64,000 bases of DNA. Source: Vulcanimicrobiota bacterium (GTDB lineage: Bacteria > Vulcanimicrobiota > Vulcanimicrobiia > Vulcanimicrobiales > Vulcanimicrobiaceae). Under the pieces are notes generated by a model, which was not told where the DNA came from, ran no database searches, and saw only the letters and a program-made list of their open reading frames with translations. Shown piece by piece: positions 28,560 to 36,706 of this stretch; the first letter of the stretch is position 1, and each line of letters begins with the position of its first letter. The stretch spans positions 872,231 through 936,230 of the forward strand of contig CAVZQC010000004.1 of assembly GCA_963777315.1 (NCBI GenBank). Direction: 5' to 3'. The translations under genes and the position numbers were made by a program.

Positions 28560-30725
28560 CGCCCGCTCGGGACGCTCACTGCTGCTCGTAATGCGCTCTA
28601 TCGAACCGATGAAGCCGGCAGCGGCAAACGCATCCCCCTGCAGCGTCTGCGCGACCTGCGCGCGCGCGCTCGCTGCAGGCGGCGCGGGATATCCGTCGCA
28701 GCGCGAAGCCGAGATAAACCCGAACGACTGTGCCTTGCGCAAACTCCACCACCGGCGAACGTTGTCGGAGGTGCCGTAAACGACTTCGTACTGCAGATCC
28801 GGTTTTTCGACGCCCAGTTTGACGAGCTGCACGAAATCGGCGGGGCTGAGCCAAATCCCTTCGTCGACCGGATGCTCGGGTTTCGCGCACACGTGGCCGA
28901 TGCGAATGCAGAAGATCTCCAATCCGTATTTGTCGGCGTACAGCCGCGCGAGCGCCTCACCGAACACTTTGCTGACGGCATACAGTCCGTCCGGACGCAG
29001 GGGTGCCGTTTCGTCGATCTTCTGCTCGCGCGGATAGAAGCCCGTAACGTGGCCCGTGCTGGCAAAAATCACTCGGCGCACGCCTTCCAAACGCGCTGCT
29101 TCCAGCACGGTGTACGTGCCCCGAACGTTATGATCCAGCAGTTTGTCGAAGGGCGCCTCTTTCGAGATTGCGCCCAAGTGCAGCACCGCGTCCATGCCGC
29201 GCACCGCTTTGCGCATTTGACGCAGGCGCCGGATGTCGGCGCGTACGAACTCTTCGCCGGGAAGCGGATTCGCAACCGGCCCGACGTCGCTCGATCGCAG
29301 CGCGTACAGTTGGCTGAGCGGCTTGCGGATGAGCGTGCCCACTGCGCCGCCGGCGCCGGTGATCAGCAAGCGCGGCCGGCCATTGGCCGGCATCGGCGCA
29401 GGCTTGGGCGCGCGCTTGCGCCTGCGCGCGAGCAGATCCTTGAGCACGTTGCGGAAGGCTCGCAGATCTTGCCGGCGCACGACCCAAACCGCCGACGGCC
29501 GGTATCCGCTCAGCCGGCAGAACCACCACGTGTTGAACGATGCCCCCACCAGATACGTCGCACTCGATGCCAATGCTGCGCCGGCCATTCCCATGCGCGG
29601 AACGAGCACCACGCAGCCGGCGACTTGCACCGCAATCATCGCCACATTCACGACCGTCACGATGAGCGGCCGTCCAATCTGGAAGAGAAAGAACGCTGCG
29701 AACGTTCCGGCCGAGGTAAAGGCGACGATGCCGGGCAGCAGCCAGCGCAGCGGCGCCGCAGCTTCGGAAAAGCGCGTGCCGTAGATGTGGTCGATCAGCC
29801 ACGGTCCGGCGATGAACGATACGATCGACGCGCACGCGGCAACCGCGACGGATATGCGAATCGTTCGCGCGGAAATCTCCGCCGAAGTTCCGCGATCGCT
29901 TCTGCCGATCTCTCGAGTCACGGCCGCGGTGACGGGCCGCGTGAGCATGAACAGCATCTCGCCGAACGATACGGCAATCGAATAGATGCCGAACGATGCG
30001 AAACCCAGCATTCCGACGAGCACGAGCGAATCGACGCGATAATTCAGCACTCCCAGCGCGGAGTTGAGCGCGGACTGTCCCCCCATCCTCACGACGTCGT
30101 GAAGTTGCCTGCGCAAGTCCGTGCGGTGCAGGCGCCCGCCTTGACGCACGGCATCGACCACGACGATCGCCGCGAAAGCGTACGTAACGGCGATCCACGC
30201 GCCCAGCACGCCCGCAATTCCGGCATGCGCAACGAACAGCGCTGCCGCAACCGCCGCAAGCGTTGCGGCCGAGACCGCCACGGTCTGATAGTTCATGCGC
30301 TGCATGCGTCCGGTTGCGATGTAATATGCCGGCTGCCACGCAAAGAGGATTGCGCCCGGAGCGACGGCGACTATCGCGATCGTGACGACCGTCCAGCCGC
30401 GCAGCGCGCTCCAAACGATCATGCCGGCCCATAAAGCTGCCGTCAGCGCGAGAAACGCAACGGTGAGCGCGGGAAACAGCTGTCGCATGTTTCGGCGCTC
30501 CTTGGTCATCAAGAAGACGATGGCCGCGCCCGCGCCGCTGCTGACCGCCAGCGGAACGGCCAGCATGGTTTGCACGCCGCTGTACACGCCTTTTCCGGCC
30601 GGGCCGAGCATCTTGGCGATGATGATGCCGACCACGACGCTGAGCGCGACGCCGGCCGTGCGCGCAACGAACGTGCCTATCGCATTTGCGCCGATCGTGC
30701 GCGCGTCCGCCGGTGCGTCGCTCAT
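28476..30725 (-). CDS. Wzx/MOP-type oligosaccharide flippase fused to an NAD-dependent epimerase/uronate-dehydrogenase-like domain
   Basis: N-terminal multi-TM region with AKMLGPAGKGVYS, LNYRVDSLVL, GIYSIA, LVPRMGMAGAALAS. C-terminal ITGAGGAVG, NVRGTYTVLEAA, LYAVSK. Confidence 0.82.
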   Translation of the reverse strand: MSDAPADARTIGANAIGTFVARTAGVALSVVVGIIIAKMLGPAGKGVYSGVQTMLAVPLAVSSGAGAAIVFLMTKERRNMRQLFPALTVAFLALTAALWAGMIVWSALRGWTVVTIAIVAVAPGAILFAWQPAYYIATGRMQRMNYQTVAVSAATLAAVAAALFVAHAGIAGVLGAWIAVTYAFAAIVVVDAVRQGGRLHRTDLRRQLHDVVRMGGQSALNSALGVLNYRVDSLVLVGMLGFASFGIYSIAVSFGEMLFMLTRPVTAAVTREIGRSDRGTSAEISARTIRISVAVAACASIVSFIAGPWLIDHIYGTRFSEAAAPLRWLLPGIVAFTSAGTFAAFFLFQIGRPLIVTVVNVAMIAVQVAGCVVLVPRMGMAGAALASSATYLVGASFNTWWFCRLSGYRPSAVWVVRRQDLRAFRNVLKDLLARRRKRAPKPAPMPANGRPRLLITGAGGAVGTLIRKPLSQLYALRSSDVGPVANPLPGEEFVRADIRRLRQMRKAVRGMDAVLHLGAISKEAPFDKLLDHNVRGTYTVLEAARLEGVRRVIFASTGHVTGFYPREQKIDETAPLRPDGLYAVSKVFGEALARLYADKYGLEIFCIRIGHVCAKPEHPVDEGIWLSPADFVQLVKLGVEKPDLQYEVVYGTSDNVRRWWSLRKAQSFGFISASRCDGYPAPPAASARAQVAQTLQGDAFAAAGFIGSIERITSSSERPERALPGPAGMLVDHPGFLLADASAFGSQTP

Positions 30726-31840
30726 CGGCGATACCACGACGGACAACCGGCCGCCGCGAGTCCTGTGACGAGGCGCCCGGCCGTTTTCATTCCCGTAAGC
30801 ACCCGGCCTTTTGCGCTCCGATCGGCCAGCACCGCATTGGGAACGGCCAGCCGAGTCGACGGCCCGAGCACGCGGCCGCCGTTGCCGAACCAGGCGTCCG
30901 TAAATTGGGCGCGCGCCCGCAGGTACGCCGGAAGCGCCTCTCGGCGCATCGTCCACGATACGAATCGCTCGACGGCGGCGTCCGTCGTAATCTCCACTCC
31001 CGCCATGCGCGCGGCCAGCGCTAAAACCCCTTGCGTGCCGATCGGCTGAATCCGTTCGTTCGCAAGCTGCGACTGCAGCGCCCCGACGAGCTGCGGATCG
31101 GCGCGAAGATCCATGGCGAGCAGCACGGCATCGTAAATGCGGTACAAGCCCGCTCCGTGCAGCACCATGTGCAGTGCGCGCGCAAATGCGTCCAGCCGAA
31201 GCGTCGGCCCCGCCGCACCGTCGACTTGCTCGAAATGGCCGCACAGCGCCGGCCAATCCGTCTGCAGAGAAAACCATCCGGGCGGAGTGAGCGCGACGTG
31301 CAGCTCGACGCTTTTGCCTGCGCCCGGAGCGACCAGCGGAACCAGATGGTGATGGCGGCGCGCATACGAGTCGAATGCGAATGCCGTGTCCCTTTCGGGG
31401 CGATAGCCGCAAGCGGTCAGCGCTTCGAAGGCCGCCATCGCTCGTTCGCGCGGAACGAGCACGTCGAGGTCCAAGATCGTGGTCCACTGCGCCATCGGAT
31501 CGCCCGCGTACAGCCGCGCGCCGGTTTTGAGCAGTGCGTGCTGGATGCCCGCGCGGTTGAATTCGCGCACGACGTCCGCCAGCTGCGCGCCGATCGAAAA
31601 GCTTTGGACGATCGCGCTCTGCGCGTGCGGCTTGAGCATCGTCAGCAGCGGCGCCAGCGATCGGTCGCGAAGCTTGGCGGCGACGATCCCGTGGGAAAGC
31701 ATTCCGGCGCATTTGTGACGGACCGCTTGCGAGAACAGCCGTTCGTGGGAAACGTTCCTGAGCGCGGCGTCAAGCCGATTGGGCTGCTCCTGAACGATGG
31801 CCGTCATCGCTTCGACGAGCGTTTCGAAGGCGCTCTTCAT
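30722..31840 (-). CDS. Nucleotidyltransferase family protein (type associated with lasso/PqqD clusters)
   Basis: AGIQHALLKTGA, LDLDVLVP, VELH motifs. ATGA overlaps on both sides. Confidence 0.82.
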   Translation of the reverse strand: MKSAFETLVEAMTAIVQEQPNRLDAALRNVSHERLFSQAVRHKCAGMLSHGIVAAKLRDRSLAPLLTMLKPHAQSAIVQSFSIGAQLADVVREFNRAGIQHALLKTGARLYAGDPMAQWTTILDLDVLVPRERAMAAFEALTACGYRPERDTAFAFDSYARRHHHLVPLVAPGAGKSVELHVALTPPGWFSLQTDWPALCGHFEQVDGAAGPTLRLDAFARALHMVLHGAGLYRIYDAVLLAMDLRADPQLVGALQSQLANERIQPIGTQGVLALAARMAGVEITTDAAVERFVSWTMRREALPAYLRARAQFTDAWFGNGGRVLGPSTRLAVPNAVLADRSAKGRVLTGMKTAGRLVTGLAAAGCPSWYRR

Positions 31841-32331
31841 CGTGAAACCCGCTCTGCAGCGATCGGAATTTCGCGGATACGTCCCTGCACAACGGCTTGC
31901 GGCCCTTCGAGCACCTTTCCGTGTAGCGTTACCCAAGCATGGCCGCGCAGGCGCTCTTCGAGCCGGTCGCGATGCTCGATTCCGAAGTGCACGCCCAACG
32001 CGGCATCGTCGGCATCCAGGAAACGGTACAACGTGAGCGCGCGCACGTAACACGTGTTGTGCCGTGCGAAGATCGGAACGCGCAGACAGAGCGCGCGCAG
32101 GCGCGCGATGCGTTCGTAGGAAAGCCGCGGCGACTTTACGATACGCCCTCGCGCCGCACGCAAATTTGCCAGCGTGATGCGAAGATCGCCGCTGCGCAGC
32201 AGCGCCGGAACGGCCGCGATGAAGGCTCCCACGTGCAGCGCGAGCAGCAAGTCGGAAGGTTCGTGCACGAACACGCGCAGGCGCTGGTAGAATCCGAGCG
32301 GCGTCCATTTGTTCGCCATACGCGCTACCAT
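31837..32331 (-). CDS. Lasso peptide biosynthesis B2-like transglutaminase-fold cysteine peptidase
   Basis: TCYVRALTLYRFL...VHFGI...LRGHAWV, the Cys/His signature of B2 leader peptidases. Confidence 0.85.
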   Translation of the reverse strand: MVARMANKWTPLGFYQRLRVFVHEPSDLLLALHVGAFIAAVPALLRSGDLRITLANLRAARGRIVKSPRLSYERIARLRALCLRVPIFARHNTCYVRALTLYRFLDADDAALGVHFGIEHRDRLEERLRGHAWVTLHGKVLEGPQAVVQGRIREIPIAAERVSR

Positions 32332-33197
32332 CGCCGCCGCTCGCGAAGGTTATAGTATGCGCGCAAAAAGCCCGCATGCTGCGCCGCTCCTCGAACGAAC
32401 CGGCCGCGCCGCGCGAGCGCCGCATCTCCTTTGCCCGGAAGCGCGGCGGCGGCGGCTTGCCATGCGAGCTCGCCCAGCGCGCGCAGCTCCTTGTGAACCG
32501 TCCAGCTCGTTTCATTGTGATACGCGAGCATGAACTGCGCGTACCCTATGCCGTAAAAGTATTGCTGGCGCCAGTATTGCCCCCACTGCGCGCGGTGCCG
32601 GTGCAGTACCAGCGCGCGGGGCTCGTACGCAAATGCGTTGCCGTAGCGTCTTCGCAGCCGCGTATGCAAATCGCAGGCGTCGTACGTGGTGTAGCGCTCG
32701 TCGAAACCGCCGGCCTCCAGCAAGCAATCGCGGCGGTAAACGATATTGGCCGAGGGAGCAAACGGATACGTCGGATGCGCGAGATGGCGGCCGGCGTCCA
32801 AACCGCCCATGAGGTCGACGAACCGCGCCGCCGGGGTGTGCGAGTCGATGCCGACGGTTTTGCCGGCAGCCCCCAAGGATGCCCGGTCGGCGCACGCCGC
32901 CAGCAGTCGCTGCAGCCACGCGCGTGAGGGCACGCAGTCCGCGTCGGTGAACGCGACCCATTCGCCGCGCGCCTCTCGCATGCCGCGGTTGCGGGCCGCG
33001 GGCGCGCCGCCGTTGCGCTGCGAGATCAGACGCACGTCGAAATGCCGCGCGACGTCGGCGGTCCGGTCGGTGGACCCGTCGTCGACGACGACGATCTCGA
33101 ACTCGCTGCATGTCAGCGTTTGGGTTTTCAAGGCGCGCACGCACGCCGCCAGCGTGCCGGCGCCGTTGTAAACCGGAATCACGACCGAGGCCTTCAC
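32325..33197 (-). CDS. Glycosyltransferase family 2
   Basis: SVVIPVYN, VVVDDGSTD, AARNRG, FTDADCVP. Start is GTG 33197 or 33203. Confidence 0.9.
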   Translation of the reverse strand: MKASVVIPVYNGAGTLAACVRALKTQTLTCSEFEIVVVDDGSTDRTADVARHFDVRLISQRNGGAPAARNRGMREARGEWVAFTDADCVPSRAWLQRLLAACADRASLGAAGKTVGIDSHTPAARFVDLMGGLDAGRHLAHPTYPFAPSANIVYRRDCLLEAGGFDERYTTYDACDLHTRLRRRYGNAFAYEPRALVLHRHRAQWGQYWRQQYFYGIGYAQFMLAYHNETSWTVHKELRALGELAWQAAAAALPGKGDAALARRGRFVRGAAQHAGFLRAYYNLRERRRW

Positions 33198-34096
33198 GTC
33201 CACACCCTGCGGCGGCGCGTGCGATACGCCGCCCAAAAGCCCAGCCAAAAGTTGCGCGTCCACAAGCTTTGGTAGTGAAAGAACTCCAGACGATCGCCGG
33301 CACCGCTGCCTGCCGCAGCTGCAATGCGCGCGAAGACCGGGAGCGTAACGCGGCTTGCGAGCATCCAGGCCAAATGCGCGCTCTTGGCGAGATCCCAACG
33401 CAATTCGTCGGGATAGCGCCGATACAGGTCGGCGGCTCCTTCGCCGTACGTCCAAGCCTGACGCGCGAGCGCGTCGTCCGTCGCACGAGTGCGGTGGTAC
33501 AGCACGGCACGCTCGGCGTACGCGATCGGCGTGCCGTATGCGCGCAGAATACGATGCGAAAAATCCACGTCTTCGCCCGTGGACAGATCTTCAGGCCATG
33601 CACCCACCGCAAGCGCCGCTTCACGGCGCACCGCCAAATTCAGCGACGGCGCGAACGGAAACGGCGTACGGCGTATCGCGCGCAGCGTGTCGTACAACCC
33701 CGACGCCTGAACGTAACGTTCGGCGGGAGTACTGGGCGGATAGCACAGGGTGTTGCCTGCTACCAACGCCACGCTCGGATCGGAAAACGGCACCAGCATT
33801 TCGCGCAGCCACCGGCGGCTTGGAACGGTGTCGGCGTCGAGATGCGCGACGATCGAACCGCGTGCGGCGCGCAGACCGCGGTTTCGCGCCGCCGACGGCC
33901 CACGGGTGGTTTCGACCAGCACGGCGGCACCCAGACTGCGCGACACGGCGCCCGTGGCGTCGGTCGACCCATTGTCGACGACGATCAGCTCGAACTGCGG
34001 AGCACCGGCTTGTGCACGCAGCGCCTTGAGGGCTTCGCCGATTGTGGCCGCGGCGTTGTATGCGGGAATGACCACGCTGACGATCGGTTCGGTCAT
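33194..34096 (-). CDS. Glycosyltransferase family 2
   Basis: SVVIPAYN, VVDNGSTD, GPSAARNRG, HLDADTVP, GEDVDF. Confidence 0.92.
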   Translation of the reverse strand: MTEPIVSVVIPAYNAAATIGEALKALRAQAGAPQFELIVVDNGSTDATGAVSRSLGAAVLVETTRGPSAARNRGLRAARGSIVAHLDADTVPSRRWLREMLVPFSDPSVALVAGNTLCYPPSTPAERYVQASGLYDTLRAIRRTPFPFAPSLNLAVRREAALAVGAWPEDLSTGEDVDFSHRILRAYGTPIAYAERAVLYHRTRATDDALARQAWTYGEGAADLYRRYPDELRWDLAKSAHLAWMLASRVTLPVFARIAAAAGSGAGDRLEFFHYQSLWTRNFWLGFWAAYRTRRRRVWT

Positions 34097-35085
34097 AGCA
34101 CTGCATGCTCGAAGATCGGCAGCCAGGCGCGATCGCGGTAAGCATCGTCGCCGACTTCAAAGATCACCCCGCGCAGAGTCGCCGCACAGCGCGCGGCGCC
34201 TTGCAGAATTTCGCGCGCCGCGTCGCGGTCGTTCGGCATGACGATCTGCTTGAGCAGAGTGGGCAGCACTTCGCCCGATTCCATGGCCGTTGCGCGCGCC
34301 GGCTGCGCGGCGCCCTCACGCACGATGCGTACGATGTGCGTGGCCACGGCGTCGGCGATCGCGCCTCCCGGCACGATGCTCTCCACGCCGACGCGCCGCT
34401 TTTCAGTCCATGCCGAGTAGCGCGGCAGGTCTTCGAGATCGTCGATTGCGGAAAACCAGGAAGCGGTGCGCGGGTGAAGGTTGAACGTTTGCAGTAATCC
34501 GATGAGGTGCGATGACTGCAGCCCTCGTCCCAGCAGCAGCTTGTCGTCGCCCAGCGTTTGCCAGCCGTTGCACAGCAGCGCCGTCGTCAGCGTGCTTTTG
34601 CCCCCGCCCGATGGAGCGCACAGGATCGCGCACCGCCCATCTTTGGCAACCGCCGCACCGTGCACCGGCACGAATCCTTCGCGGCGCCAGCCCACGGTGC
34701 ACGCCAGGCCGAGCAGATCTTCCATGTCGCCGATCTCCGGCTCTCCAAAGCGCAGATCCGGTGGAACGGCAATTTTCCAGCAATCCGATTCAGCTGTGCT
34801 GCACGCGGCCGTTATGCCCGATGCCGTCGATGCGACGTACGCATCGCCGTCGCGGTCCACGTTCATACGGGCGCATCGCAGAAACGAACCGGCTGCGCGC
34901 GCACCCTTCGAACCGCGCGCGATCCACACGTCCACTCGACGGCGAGCGCGCATGCGCGCGCTTCCGAACAAGTCCAAATTCTGCAGCGCGACGGCGGCAA
35001 GCCGGTCGTCGCCGGTGTGCACGATCACTTCCAATGGACCGCAATAGCGCGGCTGCATCGGCGTGACGCGCTCGCGGGCGATCAT
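34093..35085 (-). CDS. HPr-kinase-like P-loop kinase (lasso-peptide kinase type)
   Basis: VHGAAV, Walker A APSGGGKST, GDD motif. Confidence 0.8.
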   Translation of the reverse strand: MIARERVTPMQPRYCGPLEVIVHTGDDRLAAVALQNLDLFGSARMRARRRVDVWIARGSKGARAAGSFLRCARMNVDRDGDAYVASTASGITAACSTAESDCWKIAVPPDLRFGEPEIGDMEDLLGLACTVGWRREGFVPVHGAAVAKDGRCAILCAPSGGGKSTLTTALLCNGWQTLGDDKLLLGRGLQSSHLIGLLQTFNLHPRTASWFSAIDDLEDLPRYSAWTEKRRVGVESIVPGGAIADAVATHIVRIVREGAAQPARATAMESGEVLPTLLKQIVMPNDRDAAREILQGAARCAATLRGVIFEVGDDAYRDRAWLPIFEHAVL

Positions 35086-35091
35086 GTTGCG

Positions 35092-35502
35092 CTACTCGGC
35101 TAGGGGAATGCTGGGATCGAAGGCGCTGGTGACGAGCGTTTGCAGCGGCTGCGCTTGGCGCTTCATCTCCGGCGCGACCCACGGCTGCGCTTTGTGCCCC
35201 GCTGATGCTTGCGCCGTGGGCGCTGCCTCCACCAAATTCTCGCGCTCGAGCTCGGCCAAGAATTGACGCACGGAACCGTCGTTTGCGGGCGCTCCCCACA
35301 GGCAGCACTGCTGCTCGATTTGCTCTGCGGTCGCACCGTCGGTTTCGAACAATTGCGTGATGGCCCACGCGCCGGCGTTGAGATGATAGAAATACTTGGT
35401 TTCGAGATCGAGGAGAACGGCGCCGTCTTCAACCACCGTCGCCACGACGGTCGGCCGCAATACGAATCCCCCTGTTTCCACAAGCGCACAAGAAACCGCC
35501 AC
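35092..35502 (-). CDS. PqqD-family RiPP recognition element (RRE) with a C-terminal precursor-like extension
   Basis: EDGAVLLDLETKYFYHLNAGAWAI...VRQFLAELERENLVE is an RRE fold. It is followed by an Ala-rich linker and PWVAPEMKRQAQPLQTLVTSAFDPSIPLAE. GAGG RBS before the GTG. Confidence 0.85.
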   Translation of the reverse strand: MAVSCALVETGGFVLRPTVVATVVEDGAVLLDLETKYFYHLNAGAWAITQLFETDGATAEQIEQQCCLWGAPANDGSVRQFLAELERENLVEAAPTAQASAGHKAQPWVAPEMKRQAQPLQTLVTSAFDPSIPLAE

Positions 35503-35548
35503 GTTGTCTTACCTCGCCTCTTCGTCCGAATGGTTTTGAATTGCACTT

Positions 35549-35554
35549 ATTATA
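35549..35554 (-). promoter_or_regulatory. Putative sigma70 -10 box for the RRE operon
   Basis: Perfect TATAAT on the minus strand ~47 nt upstream of the start. No convincing -35. Confidence 0.45.
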
Positions 35555-35692
35555 GACCGGGCGGCGAACCCGCATCAGTAGCGCGCGGCACCGTCCCGCT
35601 AGGACGGGCGACCCAGCAATAAGCACGAGGTTCCTGCGGAACGGACCATCGCTTCGACCGGAGAAGCGGGTCGAGGGTAGAAACGGTCGTTC

Positions 35693-36706
35693 GTGCTGCT
35701 GTTGGGAATCGAGACGTCCTGCGACGACACCGCCACGGCCGTCGTGCAGAACGGGCGCCGAGTTGCCGCCGGCGTTTCCACCAATCAGGACGTTTTTCAC
35801 CGCAAGTACGGCGGAATCGTTCCGGAGATCGCCGGCCGTGCGCACGTCGCCTTACTGTCCGCCGCGATGGAAGATGCAGTCCAGCGCGCCGGAACCAGCC
35901 TGCAGGACATCGACGGAATCGCCGTCACCAAAGGTCCCGGCCTCGTGGGCAGTTTGGTCGTCGGCGTTGCGGCCGCCAAAGCGCTGGCTTTTGCGCTCGA
36001 CAAGCCGCTGTACGGCGTCAATCATCTGCACGGTCATATCTTTGCCGCCTTTCTGGACACTGACGTCGTCCCGAGCTATCCCTTTCTCGCACTGCTCGTG
36101 TCCGGCGGCCATTCACAGCTGGTCGAAGTGGAAAGCGCGACGGTCATGAGCGTCATAGGCCGTACCAAAGACGACGCTGCCGGTGAAGCGTACGATAAGA
36201 CCGCGCGGCTTCTCGGTCTGGGATTTCCGGGTGGCCCTGCGCTCGACGAGCTGGCCGGCCGCGGCAACCCCGGGGCGATACCGTTTCCGCGCCACCGTGC
36301 AAGTCCGGGTTCATTGGACATGTCCTTTTCCGGACTGAAGACCTCGGTGCGCTATTACTTGGAATCCGCGCAGAAGCCCCGGGTTTCGAAAGCCGACGTC
36401 GCCGCGTCGTTTCAGTCGGCCGTGGTGGACGTGCTGATCAGCCGCGTGCGCGCCGCCTTCGAGCGCCGCGCATACACCTCGATCGTGCTGTCCGGGGGAG
36501 TCGCTGCGAATTCCGCACTCAGCCGCGCGCTTCGCGACTGGAGCGCCGCCACCGGAATCCCCGCCTTCATTCCGCCGCCGAAGTACTGTACCGACAACGC
36601 GGCGATGATCGCCGCCGCCGCGTATGCGCAAGGGCAGGCCGTTCGAGCCGATGCGATGACGCTCACGGCGGATCCGAATCTTCCGTTCGAACTGGAAACT
36701 CCGTAA
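35693..36706 (+). CDS. tsaD: tRNA N6-threonylcarbamoyltransferase
   Basis: LGIETSCDDT, YGGIVPEIA, NHLHGH, LLVSGGHSQL, DDAAGEAYDK, CTDNAAMIA. Confidence 0.97.
   Translation: MLLLGIETSCDDTATAVVQNGRRVAAGVSTNQDVFHRKYGGIVPEIAGRAHVALLSAAMEDAVQRAGTSLQDIDGIAVTKGPGLVGSLVVGVAAAKALAFALDKPLYGVNHLHGHIFAAFLDTDVVPSYPFLALLVSGGHSQLVEVESATVMSVIGRTKDDAAGEAYDKTARLLGLGFPGGPALDELAGRGNPGAIPFPRHRASPGSLDMSFSGLKTSVRYYLESAQKPRVSKADVAASFQSAVVDVLISRVRAAFERRAYTSIVLSGGVAANSALSRALRDWSAATGIPAFIPPPKYCTDNAAMIAAAAYAQGQAVRADAMTLTADPNLPFELETP

Noticed and set aside
32325..35502. Mycofactocin or PQQ biosynthesis (PqqD plus GT2)
   Set aside because: No radical SAM enzyme (CxxxCxxC), no MftA/PqqA precursor and no other pqq genes.
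35503..35692. Separate precursor peptide ORF upstream of the RRE gene
   Set aside because: I found no short ORF with an RBS and leader motif. ORFs 35429-35845 and 35599-35784 are antisense shadows of tsaD.
28476..35700. Canonical lasso peptide gene cluster
   Set aside because: No asparagine-synthetase-like cyclase in the window, and the candidate cores lack an Asp/Glu at ring positions 7-9.
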